Source: Trichinella spiralis (Eukaryota). From it: a stretch of DNA of 64,000 nucleotides. The notes beneath the pieces are model-generated. The model was not told the DNA's origin and did not search any database. It worked only from the letters and a program-made list of their open reading frames with translations. The DNA lies in contig NW_003526948.1 in NCBI RefSeq assembly GCF_000181795.1, positions 2,782,327-2,846,326 of the forward strand, read 5' to 3'. The translations under genes and the position numbers were made by a program. Of this stretch, positions 39,231 through 50,666 are shown piece after piece; within the stretch, counting starts at the first letter, position 1; each line of letters opens with the position of its first letter.

Positions 39231-42200
39231 ATGAGCGTTGAAGAGTCAGCCGGACGTTATGCCAGTTCGGATCAGGCGGATGGTGATGCGTCGAATTCGG
39301 TATCCAAAGCTGGGCCCAATCAGGATGGTCCGAATCGACCGGTGCCGTTCCAAAATCTCAAAGATATACAGGCGAGTTGTGGTTGCGGTTGACTGGTATG
39401 CCGGTGATGTGGAATTTGTTTCAGGAAAGAAAACGGTCCCTGACTCTCGACTTCGGCGATTCGAAGTGTGTTCGGAAAAAATTGGATACGCAGGATGTTC
39501 TCCAGCTGCTCGGCTTGTCGTCGCCGGATCTCGAGCGCTTCTTCACGCAAGGCGTTGCGGTGGTGTCGAACACGCCCACGCCCACGCAGTTTTTCTATCC
39601 CAAAAATGTCACAGCCGAACAAGAGCAATACGCTCGAGGCTTTATCGACGCGTTGAATCAGATTCACCAGATGCGCGGATTTGTTCCAATGTCGAACATG
39701 CTGTCGCCGGGCTTCGTCTCCAACACCGTCGCCCAAGCGGACATTGAAGAAACCAAACGCAACGAAACTCGTAAGTCCACTGTTCAAACTTTTCCACAAT
39801 CACCACCTCATCAGAATGCGTGGTGTTGTTTGATTTCACTTTTCTGCGTTGTTGTCGTTGTTATTTTTTGAAATTGTCGATTTTTTTAAATGGATCATTG
39901 AAGCACACTTAGCCTAGGCTAGCATGATCAGAAGTAGTAGTAAGAATCCAAGAAAGAAAAAAGAGATAGGGGGGGGGAGTGGTGATGGTGGTGGGAAAAT
40001 GATCCAGACGTCGTTGAAAGCACGCCTGTTGTTGTTGTTGTTCAGTCGCGGATGGAATTTTTATTCAAAAAAAATAATAAGTTCCATAATAGATGCAGAA
40101 TGGGGGAAGAGAAAACAATATCTGCAGCTGTCGAAACATGCGATTGAGGGAGAATTTTTTCTTCATTTTCACTCCAACTATGTTGTTCCATGCTTTAGTT
40201 TTTTTACAATTAACCACGTTACGTGATCAGTAGTGTCACGTCACGCGTCGTTTCCGTCAACCAAACCCACGTCTCGTGATGACTGTTTTCAACGGGAAGC
40301 ATTTTTTTCACGCTTTGCCGGTTGTTGAAAAATTTCAAAGTATTTAAAATTAAAAAAAAAGAAAATTTTTTTTTATTTTTTCGAAGCTAGAAGACGACGA
40401 CGAGTAAACAATTTGCGCGCGCGCGCAGTGGTTTGCATCTTCGTCACGGCAACGACAAACCAGCTCAGCTTGTTTTTGCTTCAGACACAACAATACACTG
40501 CTTTACTGTAGGAGAAAATTCACTGTGGGACGGTTTTCTATTGAAGCATCTATTTGAGGCGTTTATGTTAATTGTATTCCATCAAGCTAGCCAGTTATAT
40601 GTCACACATACATACGCACACACATTTGGGCAAATATGTGCACAGACGTTGCATTTGCCGATGTTGAAATTGACAAAAATTATTCAAACAAAAACAATTA
40701 TCGATTGTTTACTGTAGGCATGGTATTCTGTCGATTTGAAATTGTTACTTTTTCATTTTCAGCACAACTGAAACTGAAATTTAAACAATTGAAATTTTCC
40801 AATCGATAAAATGATACTTTTTACACCTGGATTTGGGAGAAGAATAATTGAAAATTGTTTGCAACACTGATAATAATGGGGGGAAAAAAATTATTTTTTC
40901 TTAAAATCATTCGATCAATTTTTAATTATTAATCAATTCTGTTTATGATATTTCATCTACTATTCGACTGTGTTGTGTGGTTTACGTTCGTCAAATTGCA
41001 ATATCAAAGCAGCAAAATTGATTTTCCACTTATAAATTGTTTCTTGCCACGTATATATATATAAAGCAGCGTTGGAAACAGTATAAACAGCTCAGTTGTT
41101 GTTTTCAACAACAGGATTACTTGATTCTAAAATGGGATTTCAAACATTGCTCTATTTAACGGTAATAATTTATTGATCGGTAGTGGAGCATAAAAATTGA
41201 AAAAAATAATAATTTCCAAATCAAATTTCATTTCGATGACTGATTGTTATGAATTGAAGTACCGTCAACTTATTGACAAACAAGTTGTGCGAAGATTTTT
41301 TTCTCTAAAACTTCTAATAGTTTTTTTTTTCAAAAATTTGTTTTGCTTCATTTTTTCGACTATGAATAATCCAGATTACAAAATATCATGCTTTTTTTTT
41401 ATTGTGAACATTTCATGGCAAGCAACGTTTCATTGGGAATATATTGTTTGATGAATTTTTTTTCTTCTAATTCATTTGTTCCTTTGTACTGTAACAAACA
41501 AGAATGGATAGAAATGCGATATTTGAATTTTCGTTTTTTTTCTTGAAAACTGGTGAAATAGAAGAATGTACGTGTGACAGAATTGAATGCTAGCCTGAAT
41601 AGAACAATTTTTAGTATATATATATTTAAAAAAAATTCCATTTTTTGAAATTGTATTTCCTATACGCACATTGTGTGTGTGTGTGAATGAGAAAAAGCAG
41701 AGGATGTATTGTTACACGTTTTGTTGTTAGTTGGTCCAGATTTGAGGGAGTGTTGTTCGGTGTTGTAGTTTACTTAGTCGCGCTGCGCATTTGGGAATTT
41801 TCAGAAATTTGTTTAAATTTTGGCTTTGTTCTGTTAGCATTTTCCAAACTGTGCCGAAACAGTGCGTGAAGCGAAACATCCGTGCGCACCGAACGCGTGG
41901 ACAAGTGCAGGTTTTCGACAAATCTGCAAACAAATTTAACATGCAATTGCAGCGCGTGTGTTGTACAATTTAGCAATTAGTACAACGACATTAAGAGAAT
42001 GGGAAAGGGAAAATTGTAATTTTGTTATTAAAATGGTGTTCTTTTAATTATACCATTTCCCGCATACCAGTTGTTTATTTATCTACGAATTCTTGTATCT
42101 ATATTTGATAAGTGTAACGTAGAATTTAAGTAAGGGATGCTTGCTTGCTTTGTCCGTGGCCTTTTTGTAGTGATGACAGTGCGCGTTTGGTGTTAGCGTT

Positions 42201-43733
42201 CAAGTTTTATTATTTGTTCAAAACTGTTTTTTTGTTTGTTGTTCTGAAACTTTAATATGTTTTTCTTTAGAGAAAACAAAATGTGTTATTTTAAAAATAT
42301 TTTTTGTCTTTTCAATTGTTTTGTAGTAGTAGTAGTAGTAGTAGTGGTAGTAGGGTAATAATAGCAGCGGCAACATCGACAGTAATAGTATTGGTTTTGT
42401 GTGATATTCATCTACAGAAATCTTTTATCTGTATACATAGATAGATGCAGATATTCGATTTGATCGAGCATTTAGCAAACGATTGTTGCATTAAGTGTGG
42501 TATATTTTCAAATCAGGTGTGTAGGCAACGATGAGAAACAGCATTAATGTTTGTCTAGACAACGTTGATTCATCGATTTGTCGCTTACTTTAATGCTGTT
42601 GTTTATCTGCGCCAGTAAAATGGTCGTTCGGTCAATCGGTCGGGTCGACTTTTGCATTAATAGTTCTAGAAGTTAATGGAAGCGTTTCTTTGTCGTTCAT
42701 TGATGTTGGCAGAGTCGTAAATTTGCCGTAGAAAACGCGTCGTTTGAATTTCACAGTATTGTTGTTGTTTTTTTTCTATTTTTTTTCAGTATTCAGCGCT
42801 CTGGTGTTGGCTAATTCACAGAATTGCACAACACCGTCGTCGTCATCCGCATCCACGTCATCATCTATATCGTCGTCGTCGTCGTCTTTGTCGGCCAGCG
42901 GTGGACAACAGCAAGCATTGTCTGCGTCGACTGAAGACCAACAGCAGCAGCGACAGGAACAGCAGAAGCAGCAACAACAACAACAACAGCAGCAGACGAC
43001 AAATTTGAATCCCAAGCCGACGACCACTGGCACAAGTCGAAAACGATTTACAAGACAAAGTACTGCTGCTAATAAGATGCAACAGTCGTCGTCGAAAATT
43101 CTTCAAAGCAGCCAAAAGTCCGATCATGCACACCACTACCTTAGCAATTATGATCGACAACAAGCGAACGAGATGTTCTACGGTAGCCGACCGAGAGCCG
43201 AAACTGCCGTCACGACCAGCAGTAGTGGCACTAATCCGTTGACGTTGGATTACATCGCCGAAGGTTTGGGTTTGCACGGTCGACTGCAGTCGGCCGCGGA
43301 CAGCGGCGGCAATTTCGATCTGGAACTGGATGTCGACAGTCAGCAAGTAGCCAGTGGCTTGTCGTCGGCCAGTTGTGTGGTCACGTCGACTACCCAGTCG
43401 CCGAACAGTAGTCTGCCGTCGACGTTGTCACCGATGGATTTGCAAGAACAAGAACGGATCAAGTTGGAACGGAAAAGAGCCCGGAATCGAGTAGCGGCGA
43501 CCAAGTGTCGTCGACGTAAATTGGAAAAAATCACCGAATTGGAATCGCGCGTTAGCACTTTGACCGCGCAGAACGAAGCTTACATGGACAGCATTCGGGC
43601 TATAAGTCAAGAATTGCAACATTTGCAGCACGTTTTGCAAAAGCACATTGAAGCCGGTTGCAAATTGCAAATTCACATGTCTACTTCGACCGTTGTTCGG
43701 ATCAAAGAGGAATCGGATTTGGCGTCGAATTGA
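39231..43733 (+). CDS. jun: Jun-family bZIP (AP-1) transcription factor, 3 exons, first intron GC-AG
   Basis: Exons 39231-39371, 39425-39770, 42790-43733. Docking motif RKRSLTLDF, LSSPDLERF, TPTPTQFFYPKNVTAEQEQYARGFIDAL, bZIP LSPMDLQEQERIKLERKRARNRVAATKCRRRKLEKITELE...HIEAGC. Exon 1 depends on the GC donor. Confidence 0.93.
42323..42352. repeat. (GTA)n microsatellite in Jun intron 2
   Basis: Read directly, one interrupting GTG. Confidence 0.85.
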
Positions 43734-46058
43734 AACCTATTTCACATACTACTCCAAATTGTTCCAATGCACTCTCTAAACTCATGTGCCTTATTTTGCA
43801 GTTTTCTCTTGCACAACGGTGAAAATTAACCAAACGACAACACACGTGCATTATTATATATATATATATACATTCTTGGTTTGTACATGTTCCAATCAAA
43901 GGTATAATACATCATGCTCGTGCACATTTATCAGTGTGTGCGACTTTGTGTGTGTATACATATATATATATATATACATGTACGTGCCCATATATGTTCA
44001 CAATTTTAATTTTCCATAGCTACAAGCGAATGTACTGTGATTTGAATTGTGCTTTTCCCTTGAGAACTGTCATGTTCTTATTTTTAATCATTTTACTCGG
44101 TGTTATTTCAATTTCTTCTCCCCGCCCCTCCCCCACCCTTGCTCTTCAATTTCCGGTTACAAGAACCCAGTGAGTGATATGGTTAAAGTTCGCGATGCAT
44201 CAGAATTTCTGTTTGAATCGAATTTTTTTTCCAATGAATTTGTTAAAATGTTTTCAAGATTTTTCAATTTCAGAAATGAATAAATCGGATATTTGGAGAA
44301 ATTGATCTTGACAAACACGAATGCATATTCCATCTAGTTGAGGCGAATACAAAAGCAAAGTCAAAAATACGCGGGCAGGTTCGTTTTCAGACAATGTTGA
44401 TGATTTGCATAACAAACAAACTAGTCCTGTGCGCAAACTAGTTCATAGTTGACGTCTGGTACAACAATTGCGCTCAGTGTCGGGTACGACGTCAATTTGT
44501 AGCAGTTATTTTTAATTTTCAAAGAAAATAATTTGCATGTTCGTTGCAGAATATGCAAAAATGAAAGAAACTGTTCAAGTCGTCTGTGTCCAACGCCACT
44601 GTTGATCGCGATCATGAACTGGTTTACTGTTATTGATAGGGCGATAGATAATTTGCATATTGCGAGTGTAGCGTCGTTATTCGACCATCCTGATTGCACT
44701 GAAGCTCAACTCTGAATTACATCTTCACAACGGAAACGTGTCTGATTTGAAAAAATTCATATTTAGAAACTCACCAATCTCAAATATCAAAACATATATA
44801 TATCTTAATTTACATTTATAATATAGATTGATATAAAAATCATTTGTTGAACTTATGAAAGAGATTGTTGACATTGTGTTTGACACAGTTTGACTTTGTC
44901 TTCATTATACTTGATTATCAGAAAATGAATGTCACGAAATGATGAAGTATCGCTAAAGTAATAAAATAAAAGTGAACATTTTCAATTGAAAAATAAATAA
45001 ACTATTCTTATTGTAAAGTGAAATTTGTTTTGAACGCGCTGTAATTCAATTCAACTGATTGATTATATGGTTCAGCGCAGTATGCAAATTTTTTTTCGTA
45101 TTATTTGTCCTACGTGCATCGTATTATCAATTTTTGTTTGCGATCGTAAATTGATCAAATAAATTAGAGATATTTTCAAACTGACATTCTTTTTTCATAT
45201 GTTGAATCAAAAAAAATGTCCATTTGCTGCTTAATTATCATAAATTACAGTAAGAAATTGTTAAACATTCCGACAATTTATTCAATAATTCATTTCTTGT
45301 GTACAGTTTCATAAATGAATTTAAAAAAATAATTTTATTTCTGCCTCATCAGTAAAATAATAATAATAATAATAAAGTGTGAAAAGATCTATAATAAAAG
45401 TGCTCCATTAACCGACCAAATGCATGCAATACTGGGCAGCATCTACACCGTTCGATAGTACATACATACATACATACATTTTGGACAAAAGTACGGTCAA
45501 ATTGAAAATCGTTCACAAAACAATATCAAAGCAAACGAGACAAAAAAAACAGAATTGAGCGCGATACAGCAATAATGTATACTCTAAAAACAATGTTGTT
45601 GATTAAGGAAATGATTTAAAATTGTGCAAATTCAAACATGGCAAAAGAAATTCCACTTGCACATAGAAATAAATAAATATTTCGTATTAAAAAAATGAAA
45701 GATAGAATGGAAATGGTAAATTTAAAAAAGAAAAAATTGTTGACAATGTGCTCTTCTTTGGTTTGCATGTTGCACGCAACACTTGTCTCGAGTTGACAAT
45801 GGCAACGGCAAGTGAACAGAAAAAACACGCCAAGCAGAAAAGCTTAACAAAGACGTGAGACAAGAGAAAAAAGAAACACGAACGACAAACGCGACTTTCA
45901 TTCATTCTTCATTCGATCAGTCGAAAAGTTTTACAAATTGGTTTGTCCAATCGGATGGGTGTAATTTGTCCATTCGATCTTTGACCGACAACAGAAAATT
46001 CTGTCCACTTTTGATGGACACAATAATACACTTCGGACGGATGGAAATTTTTTCTTTT

Positions 46059-49000
46059 TCAAAGTTCATCTACACTTTTACGCTGTCGAAACATTACGTC
46101 AGTCAGTTCTACAACTGTATCGACGACCGTCTTGAAGTAGCGCATAGTCTGAAACGGAGTTATTTTATCAGCATGATAGTTATATTTATAGGAATATGAT
46201 GATTTGAAACAAAAAAAAATAGAAAAGAAATGCAATCAGAAATACAAAATGATGTGAGCATGGATTGGCACCCTGAATTTTGTACAAAATCAATCACAGA
46301 TCGGAAAAAATTTTCACCACCTAGTGTTCAAAGTCAATTTATTATTTATTTATACGTTTAATTTTACAATTATTCCAACTTTTGAACTGTTAACAATATA
46401 ATGGATGTTAGTTGAAAATTTAATTGAAATGAAATTCTTTGCTGCCAACGAATCAAGACTGTCTTCCCAGTACTGACTGACGTAATCTTGTCAGATAAAG
46501 TTGAAATGACCAATGACATGTCAGAAAGTTGATAAAGTTAGATGTGATGCATAAGAAGTAGTCCGTGAACGTGAACGTTTCGCAGTTGATTATCTTTTAT
46601 TAAAATAGTTTACTGCAGCGCAGCAAATGTAAAAATGATTAAGTGTTATTTTTGAGAAATTATCATCAATTGACATCTTTGTTAAGAAAGTAGACTACTG
46701 TGTAGTAGCCGTATCTGTGGACGGGTCCATTATCTTAGCCGCAACCAGTACGCAGACGACAAACAAGTCTGTGCCAGTTTTGGATCAAAAATAGCATCCA
46801 CTAGTTTGAAAAATTGTTCAGTTCGCTGCAGCGATCGTTCATCCAATGAAGCTTGACGAACCGCCGTGATATTTTTTCACAATAATAATAACGTTATTTT
46901 TTGAAAAATATCCAAAATTGACGTCACGTGAAAAAAACAAACAAACAAACAAATTTCCCAAAAGTTGCACAGGTTGTTGGAAATTTAAATAATTATCACG
47001 CGAATGAATTGCTTACTGGAACTGATAATTGTAAAAAGCTTACCGTTTTGTAAAACAGGCAACTAACGGCATCTTCATCTTCACCGTATGGGCAGTCGGG
47101 GCGTCCATTGCACAACGCGGATTCATCAATGCATACACGATAGCCGTGCAATCGTCGACTAGGACAAAGCAGTTGGGTAATTTTCCCATGCACTCGAGGA
47201 CAATCTGCAAAATCGATGGTTCACATTCACGTTCACTAATAGAATTTTATTTTCAATTTAAAAAACCGATAAAAACAATTTCGCTCAATTGTGCATTTTA
47301 TCTCGCATATTATGTACTTCATACTTTCACTGACACTGTAAGCACACATGACAAGCACAGGTCATCATTTTTGAAAAATATTAATATTGCCATACGAACA
47401 AGCTGCACAAATTTGAGCTTTTTCAAAACTAGACCACTGTTGAGCTGTTTATTCGCGAGTCGAATGTTGTAACCTGAGCAAGTGATCAGTTTCCAAATAA
47501 ATTATTCTTATCTTATCAATTATTCGATTCATACATTAATTAATGTGAAATCAATTCAGCCGAAATTGCACATGCTGAATTTTATTTTACTTTTTTTTGA
47601 ATTACAAATCCACCGCTAGTAATCCTGATTTAGCGCTTTCATTTCGCAATATCCACCAGTAAAGACGAACACGACTTTTATACCGTTTTATAATCAATCG
47701 ATGTCTATTTTGCATTTCTATGCGCAATTTCAACAACATTTTTTACACATTTTTCCCGTGTAGACGATTCAATTTCGAGCACTTGTTGAAAACTGTTGTG
47801 CTGAATAAACAAACATGTTGATTATAGCGCTTAGAATTGATAAAATAAATAATTAATATATATATATATATATACGTTGAATACTGAATTTACTGAAGCT
47901 ATTTCAATGCTACTAGGTGTTGCTGGAATTTTCACGTGATTATGCAAATATTTATTCAATGCTCGCTCGACGAAGCTTAATTAATTAGAATGCAACGGCT
48001 CGGAAGACGTTCGTTTGGCTTATTGCAAAAGTGCAGTGGAAAACGACAAACCGTCGATTTGTGTGATGTGATGAATGCACGACGAATAAACCAGATATTC
48101 AATAATTTTTCCGCATTCCACCATCAGCAAAGATGACATCAATTAGTATGAGCACAAAAAATACGCTCTAGGCAAATTCAACGAATGCAACGGTGCAAAT
48201 TGAGCTGCTTTAACTTTTTCTACACAGATGATTCTAATTTCCAACAGCATCACTGCTGTCAAAAATTACACAAACAAAATTGCAATTAAAACAATGCAGA
48301 ACTTGTTTACTGTATACTTTACAATAACAATAAAAATTCTTTAAATTTAATTCTTTTTAGGACAGAATGTTTTCAACTCGCTTTGCAACGTGTTTGCATA
48401 CTACTTTTTTCTCCAGTCGTGTGTCACATATTCATATAAACATTTCCAGCATTATATATGCTTTTGTTATGTGGAAATTTTTATTCAACATCTATCCGTT
48501 GCATTTAATCACTACTCTTCGAATTTTCTTTTTTACAATATTTCATATTATTCTTATTTGTTTGTCTTTTTTTCTGTGAATTTAAACTAACATCTCTCTC
48601 TCTGTCAGAAGAATATTAAAATATTTCAATTTACAAAAGTACAAATATCGCGACAAATCTTCCTGAATACAAGTATATGTGAAGTTTATGAAAAGCTGAA
48701 TCAACAAAATATGCTCATTGACATTTCACTCCAAAATGATCAAGTCGTTCATTATGATGAAAATTTTAAATGTTTTTTTCTTCTGGATTAATTTTTTACA
48801 TTTGCAGCTTTTTATAATACATCTGAACAGATTGGCAAAGTGCAGTCAGTGCAGTTTATTGACAACAAACAGAGCCTAAACCGAAACAATTAACCATAAT
48901 ATTGCAGTTAGTTCGATTGGTTGCAGGTCTCTACCAGTATGTAACGTCATTAACCTGTTCTATTTTTCTGCATTTTACAGCAATATCTCGCAGAAGATCA

Positions 49001-50483
49001 AATGAAAAAAGCCAAAACAAAAGCACTACGTATGCCAAATATTTGCTCGAAAAAAAAACATTCCACGTTCCAGCTACGAATGTTTTATTTACAATAAATA
49101 TGTTAATTATTTTTTTTTCGAAAATTGTGCTAATTCTTTTGAAAGTATCATCGGCATCATTTGCATACGCTTTATTTTAAAAAAAAAAACATACAATTTC
49201 TCGTGTATTGGCTGTGCAATGTAGATAGAAGAAATGACGTTGTGAAAATTTTTGAAAATCGCTTGAAAATCCGTTTTTCTCAACCTCACTAATCATCATT
49301 TACGCGAGCTTATTTAACAACATTCCCGCTAGAAATGTTTCCTATCAGTTATTGATGCTAAACGTACATATTTACATACGGAAGACAATTACTGACTTCG
49401 CAGTTTGTTTGGTAATTGTAATTTTGGTTTGTTCACTAGAAAAATTAACATTTGTATGCGCAGAATATTTTTTCGCTTTTTATAAATTATACGAGTCTGA
49501 ATTTTATACGCGATGACAGTTCAGCTGTATCAACTGTTCCAGGCAATTAAAAAAAAATACCACATGTGCCAATGGATTAAAATTTCCAAAAAACAATTCA
49601 AATAAATAAACAACTCACCGTAACCGTTTCCGGCTAAGTTGACGGCAGCTTGCAATTTTCTTTCAGCTTCACGACCAACATCGAGAAAATTAAGCCGCTG
49701 GTTGGATTTCGAACTCCAGCTCGGGCGATTGTCATCTTCACTGTCATCCAGGTCGGAAGAAAGATGCAAATTGGCATTGATGCGAAATTCGCCCATGTTC
49801 ACTTTCCCAGACAGCAGGCCGGTCTGGGATGTCTGGTCGGTTGCAGGGCTTCCGCCCGCTTGCACCAGACCTGTACTGGGATAATTATTAGCATGCTGAT
49901 GATGATGGGATTTGCTGTGTCGGTGACGGTGAGAACTAGTCAGCGGCGTTGGAGCAGTCAACGACCCGTACGGATTAGGATCAAAATAAATTGTCCTTTT
50001 AGTCGATTCGGCATCTTGGCTCAGTTGTGAATGACCATTCAATTCCGAATGTTCCAACACACCTCGTTTGGAAGCTTTCGGTGAATCAGCTACTGGAGCG
50101 GTGAATGACGACAAATGATGCTCATCTGCTGCTAATGACGACGACGACGACGACGACGACGACAATAACATCCTCTCACTGAGCATCCGTCTCAAATTTT
50201 GGAACATTTCCATCGCTTTGGTCAAACCAGAGCGCAGCCGTCGACTATTGCCATCATTGTTAGTTTTTTCAGAAAATTCTGCTTTATCGGGCAAATGTTG
50301 CTCACCGTGTGAATTGACCTGCCGTCGGTGTCTCAGATGCCAATTTGCAATATCTGTCGGCAAGCTTTGCACCGGACAAGGCTGTCGTAAGAACACCAGC
50401 AGCTCAATTACAACAATGCAAACAGTGATGGGCTTTACCCAACCGAAGTTGGCACCGCTACTACGCCAGTGGATCAAATTCAT
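46059..50483 (-). CDS. jeb: Secreted LDL-receptor class A domain protein, Jelly belly/HEN-1-like ALK ligand precursor, 3 exons, 371 aa
   Basis: Exons 50483-49619, 47204-47044, 46148-46059 join in frame. Signal peptide ending VQS-LP, long low-complexity region with dibasic sites, C-terminal CPRVHGKITQLLCPSRRLHGYRVCIDESALCNGRPDCPYGEDEDAVSCLFYKTT. The LLCP...CID...LC.G..DCP..EDED...C.FYKTT pattern matches Jeb as I recall it. Confidence 0.75.
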
Positions 50484-50658
50484 AATAATGAATGTTTTTC
50501 ATCAACGAATCCATTAGTCGACCAAATGAAAAGCAGTTCGAAAAATATATTATTTTCTTGATTAAAGCAACTGTTCTATTCATTGAAAAAAACGCTTCAT
50601 CCAAAATGATGGTTCGGTGATGTCCAGCATTTGCCGGAGTCGCGCTACAGTGGCGCAC

Positions 50659-50666
50659 TTTTTATA
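50659..50666 (-). promoter_or_regulatory. Candidate TATA box upstream of the jeb-like gene
   Basis: GCTTTATAAAAAGTGCGCC on the minus strand in GC-richer context about 180 nt upstream of ATG 50483, with a CACGTG E-box at about 50727. Confidence 0.35.

Noticed and set aside
46725..46860. Possible alternative terminal exon of the jeb-like gene (RTEQFFKLVDAIFDPK...)
   Set aside because: Acceptor GCTGCAG lacks a T-tract, and similarity to the real last exon is marginal.
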